From the NCBI RefSeq assembly GCF_009914755.1, contig NC_060928.1: a stretch of DNA of 64,000 nt; one strand, 5' to 3'. The translations under genes were made by a program, and so were the position numbers. This DNA comes from the human T2T-CHM13v2.0 reference genome, Homo sapiens. Under the pieces are notes generated by a model. The model had not been told where the DNA came from. It ran no database searches and saw nothing but the letters and a program-made list of their open reading frames with translations. Of this stretch, positions 45,311 to 60,048 are shown piece by piece (position 1 is the stretch's first letter; every line of letters begins with the position of its first letter).

Positions 45311-48189
45311 AGACTGAGAATCATAAAACAACAGTAATATGACTATCCAGGCATCAGTAAAATTTGCTTACAAGATTCTAATGGGAGAAATTGAGAATAG
45401 GAGAGCAACAAACACATTAATATCATCTAAGAATTATTTCACTTCGATGAGATGAATAAGTGATTATGTTTGCCTGCGTTTCTGCTTCCGTTGTCTCAAG
45501 GGCATAACCTCATAATGCATATACACTGACCGAGTAAATAGAAAGCTCTTTTTAGTGATTATTTAAAATTAATTTATTTCAATCGCAATACTTAGGTGAA
45601 TGAATTCAAATGTAAAAGATTGTATAGGAATAGGCAAGATATATTGTTTTTGTTTTTAAATCAGTCTCATCTGGAAAAGAATAACTTTTTAAAATTTGGA
45701 AACTAATCTTTATATATTTGTTGAATAATTTCTGAAAGCAAATTGCCTAATACATTTGTGGCTGTCTCAGAAAAAAAATAGGCACTTAAATCTATACTCA
45801 TTATCTAGACTACTAGGAATTTTCTCTTTAAAATAGCTTTTTTTATTGAAGAAAAATGCTCCCGAGAAGTCATTTGAATTATTTGCCTCTTCCGGAGTTT
45901 GTTTTCAACTAAAATTAAGTTATGCCTTTGGCCTTTAGAGGTCATAACATACATACCTTGTTCAAATACAAAATTTGGGGCCTATGTATTTTCAAAATAT
46001 CACTAGTTTGTGTTTAAAATAGCTGAGCTGAGAAGTTGGCAAAATTTGAAAATGTAATATTTCTGTTTCCAATAAAGAATAACAATTTCTATGAGATTAT
46101 CTTCAGATAATATGGCATCTCTTTAACAATGTAATTTATTTCTTAAGTATATGACTTAAAAATATTTTCAAATATTAGCTTAAATGAATGAATAACCTCT
46201 AAGGGTGTTCACAGAATTTATGTTCAGGTGATGACTAAATGAGCAACTGATTAAAATTGTGGAATTTTTACTCAGTGTTCTTTCCTTCCTCCTCACGCTC
46301 CTCTTCATGTTGAGCCTCCTTGCACTTTAATTATGCTAACTTTCATTTGTCCTTAGGCAGGTAGAAACTGCTAATGGACTACGTTCAATCTCTTCTGATG
46401 ATTGTTGTTTCTTCCCATGGTGTTGAGTTTGTTTATATATTTGGTTTTGGAAATATTATAATGGCCCTTAAAAAACACCTATTGATTTCTGTGAAAGATC
46501 TGGCCTCTTTATCATACTAAAGTCAGTTTCTTTCATGAAAAAAAATTAAGTCCCTCTATGGTACTTCTTTTACTTCCACGTAAAAATGTTCCTGAAACTA
46601 TTAAAAAAAAAAAGGTATGTAACAAAGACATCAGTCCTTAGCAAAAAGTGGAGTGTTGTGATTTTATTTGTATTTATTTCTGGCAATTTACCTGTAGCTG
46701 TATATATGCCTAGCATGACCCACATAATTATACAGAGTGATAGTTTCATGTGCCTAAGAACAAGTAAAACTGAAACTGGAAAGATTGATAATTTGACTTC
46801 ACTGAAACTGAAAAAATAGATAATTTTATTAATTTTTTGTAGGAGTCAAGTTAGCCCAAATTCTTTTATTGATGAGAAACAAAAGTTGCCTTGAAATGGA
46901 TTAAACATTATTAAAGGAGATATGGGATTATGTAGCTACAGTCTAAGGTAGACATGGCTTTAAGCAGGGATGAATCCAGAGACATGGAGGATGTTATTGG
47001 GACTCCAGCTCCGTCCATTCTTCTCTTTCCTATGATTAGGGCTATTTCAAAAAGGTTGTTGCGACTCTAAGCTCACATCCTCCTTATGACTTGTGATCCT
47101 AGGGAAGATAGTGGATGTTTTCTGATAGCACCAGTAACCCAATGACAACTCTGACTGAGTCAGCCAAAGCTGCAAGGTCTCCTGTAGCAATGTAGATGAT
47201 GTGATTGACAGATTTATCAAGTGAGGAAGGAATGGTTCTCAAAATAATATCATGCAGATATGGCCATAAGCACCTAATATTGACTATAGTTCGGAGCTGA
47301 TCAGTAACTCTAAAGGGTGCATTGATAAACATCTGAGAAAAAGAGTCACCAAAAATGGACCATCTGGTAAAACACTACTCTAAAACATAACAAAAAGATG
47401 AATTGGAAAGAAGAATATATAACAATCAGATTTTGCCAGTAAGTGTTAAATTGCTTTCTTCTCTAAGACAGAACATCCACTTTCCTTGGAAAATAAGTCT
47501 TTTTGACCAGGATATCATTTATATTCTTTTCTCTCAACATTATCTTTGAGAAATAATGGCCTTCACATATATATTCTCTTGCATCCATAGTAACATCTAA
47601 CGGGAGGGGCTTAATATGTTTCTTCCACTTAGTTTTTCTTTTTCTTTTTTATTCAACTAATCTATCACTAATGTGATTTGCTCCTATATTTTAAATATGT
47701 CTTGAGTACATTAGCATCATCCTACCTGTCACCACTTTAATTTAGGCTGTCAACATAGGGTGCTATTGAAAATATCTCTAGAGTAGTTTCAGTGTCTACA
47801 TTCTTTTTGTTGCTTCTTTCACATGGTCACAAGGATAGCAGTGCTAAACAGCATATCAAGTTAATGGCCTTCTGTAAGTCTGTAGTTATGTAGATGTCTC
47901 CCATCAACTACATTCATGATATGGCACAGCCTCAGTTGTAATAACTTCCCTGACCTTTTCTCATCATGCTCTGACAATGTAGAAGTACTTGTACTTCCCT
48001 TAATATGTTATGGTATTAGGTAGCTTCATGTATTGATTAATTCAATACAAAGTTCCAGACTTTTCCTTCTGCTCTACTTTTCTGTACACATTGCTATTAT
48101 TGCATGTACACAGGGTACTTTATCTGTTTACAGGTCTCTCTCTCATTTCCCGCATTAGGCTCTGTTTTCTTAAAAGCCTAATCTGTGAC

Positions 48190-48353
48190 CTTACTACTCA
48201 AAGTGGTCTTCCACACCAGGAATATTAGGATCACCTAGCAGCTATTTAAAAATGAACAATTTTATGTGTTCCACAAGGCCTGATGAATCAGAATAAGAAT
48301 TTTAACAAAACCTTTAGGTGATTCAAGTACATTTTAAATTTTGAAGAGCACTG
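48190..48353. mobile_element. MER5A-type MITE within decayed L2
   Basis: tactcaaagtggtc...atcacctag...tgaatcagaa...ttttaacaaaacc...aggtgattc...ttgaagagcactg. Confidence 0.65.
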
Positions 48354-48729
48354 ATTTATGAAATATTCTTTTTACTTTGATACCATGTGTCTAGCAAATA
48401 GGCTTTTATAACTGGTATACAGTACATGATTTACACATTTTGGATTTAATTGAGTTGAAAACACTTATTCACATCATAAGTTTTTTGAGCCTCAAGTTAA
48501 AATAATTGTACTTTTTTTTTAGAAATATACTGGACTCTTGCCTCCTGAGAAGATAAAGACCCTATAATAATGCTATATTCCCAGACTAGATATTTAATAC
48601 TAGGTTATTTCTCTTCCTTCAAACTTCAGAAAATGTCTTCCTGTTTGCTCTAAGCTCACCAGTGTAACCATGAAAGAGAAAATAGTGGCGAGCAAAATTT
48701 ATTAGTGAGAGTTTAAGCTGAAGGGCAGA

Positions 48730-49460
<731 letters not shown>

Positions 49461-50553
49461 GTAATGGAATGTAGTTCAAGTATCTCCTTAGTTTCAGGTA
49501 TGGTTCATTCATAACTCAAATTATTTTTTATAGTGCTTAAGCTTAAAAATGAATAAAAAGTGTTCTCTACACTAAAGTACCTTAATTATAAATATTAAGA
49601 TAAAAACATTTTGTTTACAGATATAATAAAACCACTTTTAAAAGTCTTTGAATCTCTGTAGGAACCTGATTAAGCATTCTTTATTTTTTTCCTGTTGTGC
49701 TATCCTCAACTATGGGTTCAGAAGTTGAGATAAGATTGATTACCTAAATATTAGGTAAGAGTTACTGAAAATAATATATATGTTGACATGTATATATAAC
49801 ATAGATATAGTAGGAAATGTATTAAAATGTAAATAAGGCAGTTATATAAATAGATAATTCTAAGAAAGGAAGGACAGAAAGATTTTTTGCAATGTAAATT
49901 TACCTTTTATTAGGTTATTATAATTTTAATGAGGAAGGGTATTCTTTAGATTATACTTTTGCTAATTAATTCTATCTTTTGAAAGATTTGAATCATTTTT
50001 ATTACAAAAAATAGTTTGAAAAATCTAGCAATGTGCTTGTGTCATAATGACGTCTAGGCGACCAGTAGCTGAGAGGTATTTACACATGGATGAGGAAACA
50101 ATGAAAGTTACTTTTCCTAACATTATATATTAATTCAATCAAAATATTTCAATCACCCATTGGCCAAGGTCTGGATATGGGGGTGATAAAGCAGAGAAAG
50201 TAGCAGCTGAGAGTTGTCAGCCAACACTCACAGCAGCTGTGGAATGGGCTTATTGCTTGGAAAGGAGATCCAGGCAGATTGAGAGGTGGGGTCTCAGTTT
50301 TCCTGATTATCAGATATCTGCTTTTATTATTCCTGCATATTTTTCCACTTATTCTGCTTTTATGCATTCAAGTCTTCCTTGCTTTGGTGCTTCAGCTGCT
50401 TGCGACTTTTTTCTTCCGAGATATAAACCAAACTATGATTGTTGTCCAGTCTACATAAGTGGAATGCCATTTGAATGCCATAAGAATGAACTAAATGAGT
50501 CACTTAGTGAATTTTAAGTAAATTCTATCACAATGCTTAAGAACAATTGGTGA

Positions 50554-50890
<337 letters not shown>

Positions 50891-53270
50891 CTATATGTTG
50901 TATGCATTTATTAGTTTCAGCTCTGCCTGAGTCTACTGTTTACTCCAAATTTTTCCAAAATTCAATTACAGCAACTGTATCCTTAATCAGCAAGTGGACT
51001 TACATTTTTTGTTTTTAATAATGAAAGTAAATTTTATTAATGTAGCTTATATATTTTTAATTATAGAACTACAAAAGATGTTTTGTCTTCTAGATATTGT
51101 AACTGCCACTTTTGTAAAATAAAAATAATTGCGCTTTGTGTTTTAATGCATTTTCTAGTACATCTGTGATCATTCAAAAAAGAAACATGAAAGTACTTTT
51201 TACGCTGTTTCTTTTCTCTATATCCCTATAAACTAAAATTTCCATACTGCAGGAAGCTCGCTAATATTTTGAAGGAAAAATGTGTAGTGGGGTGTGTTAC
51301 GTGTAAGAGAGTAGAAGTCTCAATATTACATTAAGCAAAATCTAGAAGAAATCTATTACTTATGAAAAGACAATGACACAAAAACAAAATGTCACTTATT
51401 ATAATTTTATGAAGTGACTATAGATTAATCCATCTTCAATCCAAATCACAGAGGCATACCATTAAAAAAGATGCACAATTATATAAAATTAAATATTTCA
51501 CAAATGTTGTTTTTTGTCAATACAATGGAAGACTTACATTGTCCAGTTTCAATTTTAAGAAAGTTTCTAAAAGAATCAACATTTTATATGCTATTTTTAG
51601 GAATGTAATCGTATTTTAATATTTTTATGTAGTGTTCAGAAATCCCTAATATTCTGCCTACTTTAATAGTTGAGGAAAACCAATACATTTATTAACCTAC
51701 CTACAGAAGTCACACAAAGTTGTAAGGAAGACAAAGTATTCTAAGAGCAGAAAGTGACAGAATTCTCAGACAATCGCTCTGCCTCTGTTTAAGAATTTAC
51801 CTACTTCATTACAGATTAGAAAATGCTATATCAGCCAGATGAGTTGGATAGTATAATTATCTTTTGATATGAAGAAAACTAACAATCTGGAGAAATTAAG
51901 AACAAATGTCAACCATCCAACCAAACAAAACACAAACAAAGATTAAAACACCAAAAAAGCTTAAATATTAGAGTTTACTTCCCAGTGTCTTTTTTATTCA
52001 TGTTATGAATTTTCATGTACAAATTGAGTTATTTTTATGTGCAGCCTATGTAATATGCTGATAATATAAACCAATTTAGAGCAGCATGGTTGCATCCCTG
52101 TTCCATAATGAAAAAAAGATAAATTGTATGTGACTCCTTTCTTTTAAATGTTTATGCAACTATTGAAACCATGTAAGAAATTTTGCAGTATATTGGTAAT
52201 TTGGATTCCAAGTAAATAGCATATAGTTAAATGTAGAAAATATTAGCAAAATCGTTTGTCATTAATAAGAATCTACTGAAAGAAATCAGCAGGATAAATC
52301 TACAAAATAAAATTTTACCTTTTGATAGAAATTAAACAAGTTTGACTCCCTCAAGAAGGGCTTTTTTTGAAGGAAATGGCAAATGCACTAGCAGGCTGAG
52401 GAAATATCAAGACCCAAAATAATGTTTTCAGACTTAAAATCTTTATGGAATTTTCTTCATAATAAGATTAACAGAATATAAAGCCTCATGGGACCTTTTG
52501 AGTCATAATAAGCATCTTAAGAGGAGAAAAAGTTATTTTCATGTCATTATTTTTTGGTAAATTACATAATGTGTACATATTAGTGATCAAAATTACTATG
52601 CATGTCTCAGGAATACAAATAACTTATACAAATAAATCCCAATACTTGATTATGTCAAAAGGAAAGGTGAAAAATATTGTATTATGTCTTCAAGATAACA
52701 ATTAAGGGACTCATGGATCAGAGATGGGAAAAAAGCTTTTAAAAGCTAGCCACAGAAGTTATCCTGCCAAGGATTCCCTATTATCCAAGCTTGGAGTCAT
52801 GAGTTAGAGTAATTGCGCCAGTAGAGATAGATACAGAATATAAATTGTAGTCCAAGATTTCTATTCCAAGAAATATCCAGAGCAGAAACCAAAAACATCT
52901 CAAGAGATTTTAAAGTTTTTCAGCAGAGCATCTGGTATCATTAAGTGGTCAGAGATGTTTCAAGCTGGATGGTTCTTACAACTTTACTGTTGGGTTCACT
53001 TGCTTCAGGATGGATGGAATCCCTGTCCTTAATGCTTCTTGTCTAGACTTAAATATGTAAGGAAGTATCCTGGCAATTCCAGTCAAAATCTTAGGTCTTC
53101 GAAAAGAGATATACAAAAACACTTCAGGAGTTTGTCAAACATCAATCTGTTCTTATCCTGCATAAAGCAAAATGTTCCAGTTATTAAATTCCTTTATTTA
53201 AGAAGTCTTCATTCTTTGATATTTACATCTTTCCAAAGAACAGAAAGTCAACTTAAGAATTAATATTTCT

Positions 53271-53568
53271 GGCTGGGCGCAGTGGCTCAGGCCTGTAATC
53301 CCAGCACTTTGGGAGGCGGAGGCGGGCGGATCACGAGGTCAGGAGATCGAGACCATCCTGGCTAACACAGTGAAACCCCGTCTCTACTAAAATACAAAAA
53401 ATTAGGCAGGCATGGTGGCGGGCGCCTGTAGGCCCAGTAGTTCAGGAGGCTGAACGCGGGAGGCGGAGCTTGCAGTGAGGCAAGATCGCGCCACTGCACT
53501 CCAGCCTGGGAGAGAGCAAGGCTCCAACTCAAAAAATAATAATAATAATTATTATTATTATTATTATT
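53271..53568 (+). mobile_element. AluY with internal 18-bp deletion and (AAT)/(ATT) tail
   Basis: AluY diagnostics (cacgaggtcaggagatcgagaccatcctggctaacac, ggcggagcttgcagtgag). TSD attaatatttct at 53259-53270 and 53569-53580. Confidence 0.94.
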
Positions 53569-53859
53569 ATTAATATTTCTTAGTTGACTAAACTGCTTTA
53601 TTGCAGGATTATGCCAATTAGCCCACTCCATATCAGACAGGTAGATTTAGAAGCTGAAATGTAAAGCTGACACCTGTGATCAGATACGTAGAGTAATAAC
53701 CACTATACATCTGACCTAGAATTAGCAAGAGTAAGTTTATAAGGTATAACTTTACACATCATTAAAAACAGAGAATAATGCTGAGTTGGAAATAATGTAA
53801 TAGTTAACAGAGATAGATGGATGTTTAAATAGACTTTATTCTAGCAGTTAAGAGCTCTT

Positions 53860-54310
53860 GTGTTGTGTCACAGAGTACTGGTTTTACACCCATTTGCATA
53901 GTTAGTATTAACCATGAGACCCTGAACAACATAGTATCTCTAAGCCTTAAATTCTTCATATTTAAAATTAAGATTAACGATTGAGACTGCCTCACAGAAT
54001 TACTGAGAACGTTAAATAAATTCCTGAAATTTAACATTTTGCACAATGCCTGGTGTCTTATAGTTTCACACAAAAATAAAAATATGCTTGATATTATATG
54101 TTGTCATTTAGTGAGTGATTACTATAATCTAGACAAAGTATTTTGTAATTTGTTGAATTATTTCAAATCATTACAACAACACAGAAAGTTGATATCATTA
54201 GCCCGAGGATACAGATGTGGAAACTTCAGGCTCAGAAAGTGTTTTATTGCTCAAAGTTAGATGGTTAATAAATAGTTGAAGAGCAACAGAACTTTTATTT
54301 GTCTGATTAT
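53860..54310. mobile_element. Two MIR fragments in opposite orientations
   Basis: Plus-strand MIR (ctctaagccttaaattcttcatatttaaaat...gcacaatgcctgg), then minus-strand MIR (acagatgtggaaacttcaggctcagaaag). Confidence 0.6.
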
Positions 54311-55094
54311 TTTTTGTTCCACAGATAAAATTGGAAACAAGGTTTTCTAATAGTAAATTATACCTCAATTATAAGTGAACTTAATTGTGTGTGACCTTTA
54401 TAGGTCTTGTTGGAACAGGTACCTAGTTGTGGATCTGGTGCCTCCTAAAGTACCAAATCCTCTCACTTCCAAATATTACTCCTATTTACATGATATAATA
54501 ACTATTGCGTCACAAAATGTAATTCCTCTAAATTAAACACTTTTTCCACAAGTACATCTTTTTTAGAATATAAATGTCAACAGAGTGATATGAATTCTAA
54601 GGAATTAAGAATGACTCCTATTGTATGTTTTTGATTATTTTTAAAAATTTATTTTCTTGTGTTCTTAGTTTCCAGGGAAGATTAATAACAATGCAATAAT
54701 ACTGGGAGCATAAAATATTGGAGAAAGCACAAATAACTTAGCTCACCAAAAATAAATTTCTAGTTTTGTAATGATACTCAGTTTCTAACTTGTCTTTTTA
54801 AAGAACTTTATACTACTCAGAATCCCTATTGAGGCTCTCTTTCTTAAATATTCTTAATTTTATCATGTGTTCAGTCAGAAAAATCTTATATTCAACCTGT
54901 TGCAGTAGCATTGAAGTCAATCAATCCTATGTATCTCAATAAAACTTTCTATAAAATTTTTTATAAAAGAAATGTGAAGGATGTTTTTAAAGAATGTTCT
55001 AGAAAACACCAGATTTATCATCTCAAGTAGTCATAGCCCATAGTATCATTTTACCTATTATAATGCATGTTTAAATTTGTGTTGATAGAGGTAA

Positions 55095-55420
<326 letters not shown>

Positions 55421-55424
55421 AATC

Positions 55425-55561
55425 CAAGTCTTGAAACAAGGAATTTAGATATAGAAAATAATTTTCTGAGAATGTTACAGCAATAATCTTGAAACAATAC
55501 AAGTCTTGAAACAAGGAATTTAGATATAGAAAAGAATTTTCTGAGAATGTTATAGCAATAA
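55425..55561 (+). repeat. 62-bp direct tandem duplication with 13-bp spacer
   Basis: Copies at 55425-55486 and 55500-55561, 60/62 identical. Confidence 0.95.
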
Positions 55562-55930
55562 CGGCATAAGGCATGTTTTCAGTACGGTTACCAGATAATC
55601 AAAATATAAATTCAAAAGTGAGAGTCACAGTCAGATATTTTGATAAAACTTAAAAAAAAAATTTCCTTGTAAGATAATTAAAGATTTTCACTTGGAGCTT
55701 ATTACAATCATAATGGTTCCAATAAAAAAGTTTCTAATCATACAGAGATGAAATTATACAAAAATAAATAAATCTGAAGGTTTATATCACTAAGAAATGG
55801 AGGCAGATTTTTAAAACTCCAGAATCTCAACAAGAGAATTATTTTGACTAGTTTAAGGATTCAAAGCTTAGCTGTTGAAGCATTCCTTTACTTCCTTATA
55901 CCTTCTTATCACAAATGAAACTGAGGCAGG

Positions 55931-57636
55931 AATCTCTACAATGAAAACAATAAAACATCAATACAAGAGATTGAAGAGGACACAAAATTGGAAAGGTATT
56001 CCCATGCCCATGGATTGGAAAAAATGATCATGTTAAAATAACCATACTACTCAAAAAAATCCACAGATTTAATGTAATCTCTATCAAAATACCAATGACA
56101 TTTTTCACCGAAATAGAAAAAAAAAATCCTAAAATTTGTATATCCCTACCAAAAAAAAAAAAAAAAACAAATAAAGCAATTCTGAACAAAATAACAAAGC
56201 TGACATCATCATACTATCTGACTTCAAAATATACTACCAAGCTATAGTAACCAAGTCAGCAAGGTATTCCCTTAAAAATAGACACATAGACAAATGGAAC
56301 AGAAAAAAAGAATCCAGAAATAAATCTCTGCATTTACAGTCAACTCATTTTCAACAAAGTTCCCAAGAACATACACTGGAGAAAGGACAGTCTTTCCAAT
56401 AAAGTATGCTGGGGAAACTGGATATCCATATGCAACATAATAAAACTAGACTCCTATCTCTCAATAGATACAAAAACCAAATCAAAACAGATTAAAGACC
56501 TAAATGTAAGACCTGAAGCTATAAAACTTCTGGAAGATAGCATTGGGGAAATGCTTTAGGACATTGGCCTGGGAAAAAAATTAGGGATTATGACCTCAAA
56601 AGCACAGGCAACAAAATCAAAACTAGACAGATGAGATTACATTAAGCTAAAAAACAACTTCTGCACAGAAAAGGAAAGAATGTGCAGAGTGAAAGGATAA
56701 CCTATAAAATGGGGCAAAATATTTTCAAATTGTCCATCTGACACAGATTAATAACCAGAATATAAAAGGAACTCAACTCAAGAGCAGATAATATAATAAT
56801 AATCTGATTTTTTCTAACAATCTGGATAGATATTTCTCAAAAGGAGACATATGAATGACCTGTGGGTATATGAAAAATGCTCAACATCACAAATCATTAG
56901 AAAAATGAAAATTAAAATCACAATGAGAATCACCTCACAATCTGTTAGCATGGCTATATAAAAAAGACTAAAGAGGCTGGGCAGGCATGGTGGCTCTCGT
57001 CTGTAATCCCAGCATGCTAGGACGCTGGAAGCGGTGGGGGGAACACCTGAGGTCAGGAGTTCGAGACCAGCCTGGCTAACATGGTGAAACCCCATTTCTA
57101 CTAAAAATACAAAAAATTAGCCAGAAGTGGAGGTGTGCACCTGTAATCTCAGCTACTCAGAAGGCTGAGGCAGGAGAATCGCTTGAACTAGCAGGCAGAA
57201 GTTGCAGTGAGCTAAGATAGTGCCATTGCCCTCCAGCTTGGGCAACAAGAGCGAAACTCCATTTAGAAAAAAAAAAAAAGACTAAAGATAACAAGTGTAG
57301 TCACGGATGTAGAGAAAAAGGAACACTTTTACACTATTTATTGGAATGTCAATTAGTACAACCATTATGGAAAACACTATGGAGGTTCCTCAAAAAACTA
57401 AAAATAGAATTACCATATGATCCAGCAATACCACTTCTGGTTTTTACCCAAATGATTTGAAATCAGTTTCTCAAAGATATGTCTGTAGTCACATGTTCTT
57501 TCGAGCACTATTCACAATAATTAGTAAATGGAATCTACCAGAGTGGATGTCAACAAATGAATGGATAAAGAAAATGCAGTGTATGTGCACAATGGAATAG
57601 TATTCGGCTATAAATACAAAAAATAAAATAAAATTC
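55931..57636 (+). mobile_element. L1MA-type LINE-1, 3' ORF2 portion, interrupted by an Alu and by the L1PA
   Basis: L1 ORF2 C-terminal sequence (gacttcaaaatatactac, gacacatagacaaatggaacaga, ctaccatatgatccagcaat-like, atgaatggataaagaaaatg). Confidence 0.9.
56975..57273 (+). mobile_element. AluS (Sq/Sx-like) with TSD
   Basis: TSD aaaaagactaaaga on both sides. Contains ggcaacaagagcgaaactcc. Confidence 0.93.
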
Positions 57637-57647
57637 GCAGATCTGGC

Positions 57648-57656
57648 AAGATGGCC
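57648..57656 (+). promoter_or_regulatory. YY1-type motif of the L1 internal promoter
   Basis: AAGATGGCC at the extreme 5' end of the L1 5'UTR, the position of the known L1 YY1 site. Confidence 0.7.
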
Positions 57657-58980
57657 AAATAGGAACACTTCTGGTCTGCAGCTCCAAGCGAGACCAATGC
57701 AGAAGGTGGGTGATTTCTGCATTTCCAACTGAGATACCCAGTTTATGTCACTGGGACTGGTTAGACAGTGTGTGCAGCCCACGGAGGGCAAGCAGAAGCA
57801 GGGTGGGGTGTTGCCTCACCCAGGAAGTGCAAGGGGCCAGGGACCTCCCTCCCTTAGCCAAGGGAAGCCATGAGGGACTGTGCTATCTGACTCAGATACT
57901 ATACTTTTCCCACAGTTTTTGCAACCTGTAGACCAGAAGATTTCCTTGTGTGCTGTACCACCACAGCCCTGGGTTTCAAGCACAAGACTGGACGGCTGTT
58001 TGGGCAGACACAGAGCTGACTGCAGGAGTTTGTTTTTTTTTTTTTTTTTTTTTTCATACCCTAGTGGTGCCTGGAACCCCAGCAAGACAGAACCATTCAT
58101 TCCCCTGGAAAGGGGGCTGAAGCCAGGGAGCCACGGGGTCTTGTTCAGTGAGTCCTACACCCACAGAGCCCAGCAAGCTAAGATCCACTGGCTTGAAATT
58201 CTTGCTGCCAGCACAGCAGTCTGAAGTTGACGTGGGACACTGGAGCTTGGCGCAGGGAGGGGTGTCCAACATTACTGAGGCTTGAGTAGGCAGTTTTCCC
58301 CTCACAGTGTAAACAAAGCCCCTGGGAAGTTTGGACTGGGTGGAGCCCACTGCAGCATGGCAAAGCCGCTGTAGTCAGGCTGCCTCTCTAGATTCCTCCT
58401 CTCTGGGCAGGGTATCTCTAAAAGAAAGGCAGCAGCACCAGCCAGGGGCTTATAGATAAAACTCTCATCTCCCTGGGACAGAGCACCTGGGGGAAAGAAT
58501 GGCTGTTGGTGCAGCTTCAGCAGACTTAAACGTTCCTGCCTGCTGGCTCTGAAGAGAGTAGCAGATCTCCCAGCACAGAGCTCAAGCTCTGCCAAGGGAC
58601 AGACTGCCACCTCAAGTGGCTCCATGATCCCAGTGCCTCCTGACTGGGAGATACCTCCCAACAGAGGTCGACAGACATCTCATACAGGAGAGCTCTAGCT
58701 AGCATCAGGGTGGTGCCCCTCTGGGATGAAGCTTCCAGAGGAAGGAGCAGGCAGCAATACTTGCTGTTCTGCAGCCTCTGCTGGTAATGCCCAGGCAAAA
58801 AGAGTCTGGAGTGGACCTCCGGCAAACTCCTGCAGACTTTCAGAAAAGAGGCCTAACTGTTAGAAGGAAAACTAACAAACAGAAAGCAATAACATCAACG
58901 TCAACAAAAAGGATGCCCACGCAAAAACCCCATCCAAAGGTCATCAGCGTCAAAGATCAAAAGTAGATAAATCCATGAAG

Positions 58981-59988
58981 ATGAGGCAAAACCAGTGCAG
59001 AAATGCTGAAAAATCCAAAACCTAGAATACCTCTTCTCCTCCAAAGGATCACAACTCTTTGCCAGCAAGGGCACAAAACTGGACAGAGAATGAGTTTGAT
59101 GAATTGACAGAAGAAGGTGGGTAATAACAAACTACTACAAGCCAAAGAGCATGTTCTAACCCAATGCAAGGAAGCTAAGAACCTGATAAAAGGTTACAGG
59201 AACTGCTAACTAGAATAACCAATTTAGAGAGAAACATAAATGACCTGACGGAGCTGAAAAACACAGCAAAAGAACTTTGTGAAGCATACACAAGTATCAA
59301 TAGCCGAATCATTCAAACGGAAGAAAGGATATATGAGATTGAAGATCAACTTAATGAAATAAACCATGAAGACAAGATTAGAAAAAAATAAAAGGAACAA
59401 ACAAAGCCTCCAAGAAATAAGAGACTATGTGAAAAGATAAAATCTACAATCGACTGGTGTTCCTGAAGTAATGGAGAGAATGGAACCAAGTTGGAAAACA
59501 GACTTCAGGAAATTATCCAGGAGAACTTCCCCAAAATAGCAAGATAGGCCAACACTCAAATTCAGGAAATACAGAGAATACCACAAAGATACTCCTCAGG
59601 AAGAGTAACCCCAAGACACGTAATTGTCAGATTCACCAAGGTTGAAACAAAGGAAAAAATGTTAAGAGTAGCCAGAGAGACAGGTCAGATTACCTACAAA
59701 GAGAAGTCCATCAAGCTAATAGTGGATATCTCTGCAGAAGTCCTACAAGCCAGAAGATAGTGGGGGCCAATATTCAACATTCTTAAAGAAAAGAATTTTC
59801 AAACCAGAATTTCATATCCAGCCAAACTAACCTTCATAAGCGCAGGAGAAAGAAAATCCTTTACAGAACAAGGAAATGCTGAAGGATTTTGTCACCACCA
59901 GGCCTGTCTTGCAAGATCTCCTGAAGGAAGCACCAAATATGGAAAGGAAAAACCGGTACCAGCCACTGCAAAACCTACCAAAATATAA
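58981..59988 (+). pseudogene. L1 ORF1p, disrupted
   Basis: Starts atgaggcaaaaccagtgcagaaatgctg and is collinear with L1 ORF1. No long plus-strand ORF survives in the track. Confidence 0.85.
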
Positions 59989-60048
59989 AGACCAACGACA
60001 TTATGAAGAAACAGCATCAACTAATGTGCAAAAAAATCAACTAGCATC

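Noticed and set aside
52347-52374. Short hairpin followed by a T run (terminator-like)
   Set aside because: The stem is imperfect and relies on G-T pairs. Intrinsic terminators are not relevant in this context.
53000-53175. Possible minus-strand exon (ttttgctttatgcag|G acceptor at 53157)
   Set aside because: No strong donor and no convincing coding frame. The motif is expected by chance in AT-rich DNA.
55425-55561. CRISPR-like repeat-spacer arrangement
   Set aside because: There are only two long copies, the spacer derives from the repeat itself, the context is eukaryotic, and there are no cas genes.
57489-59169. Several antisense ORFs in the L1 5'UTR (ORF0-like?)
   Set aside because: None is recognisable to me as intact ORF0. 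Such ORFs are expected in GC-rich UTR sequence.
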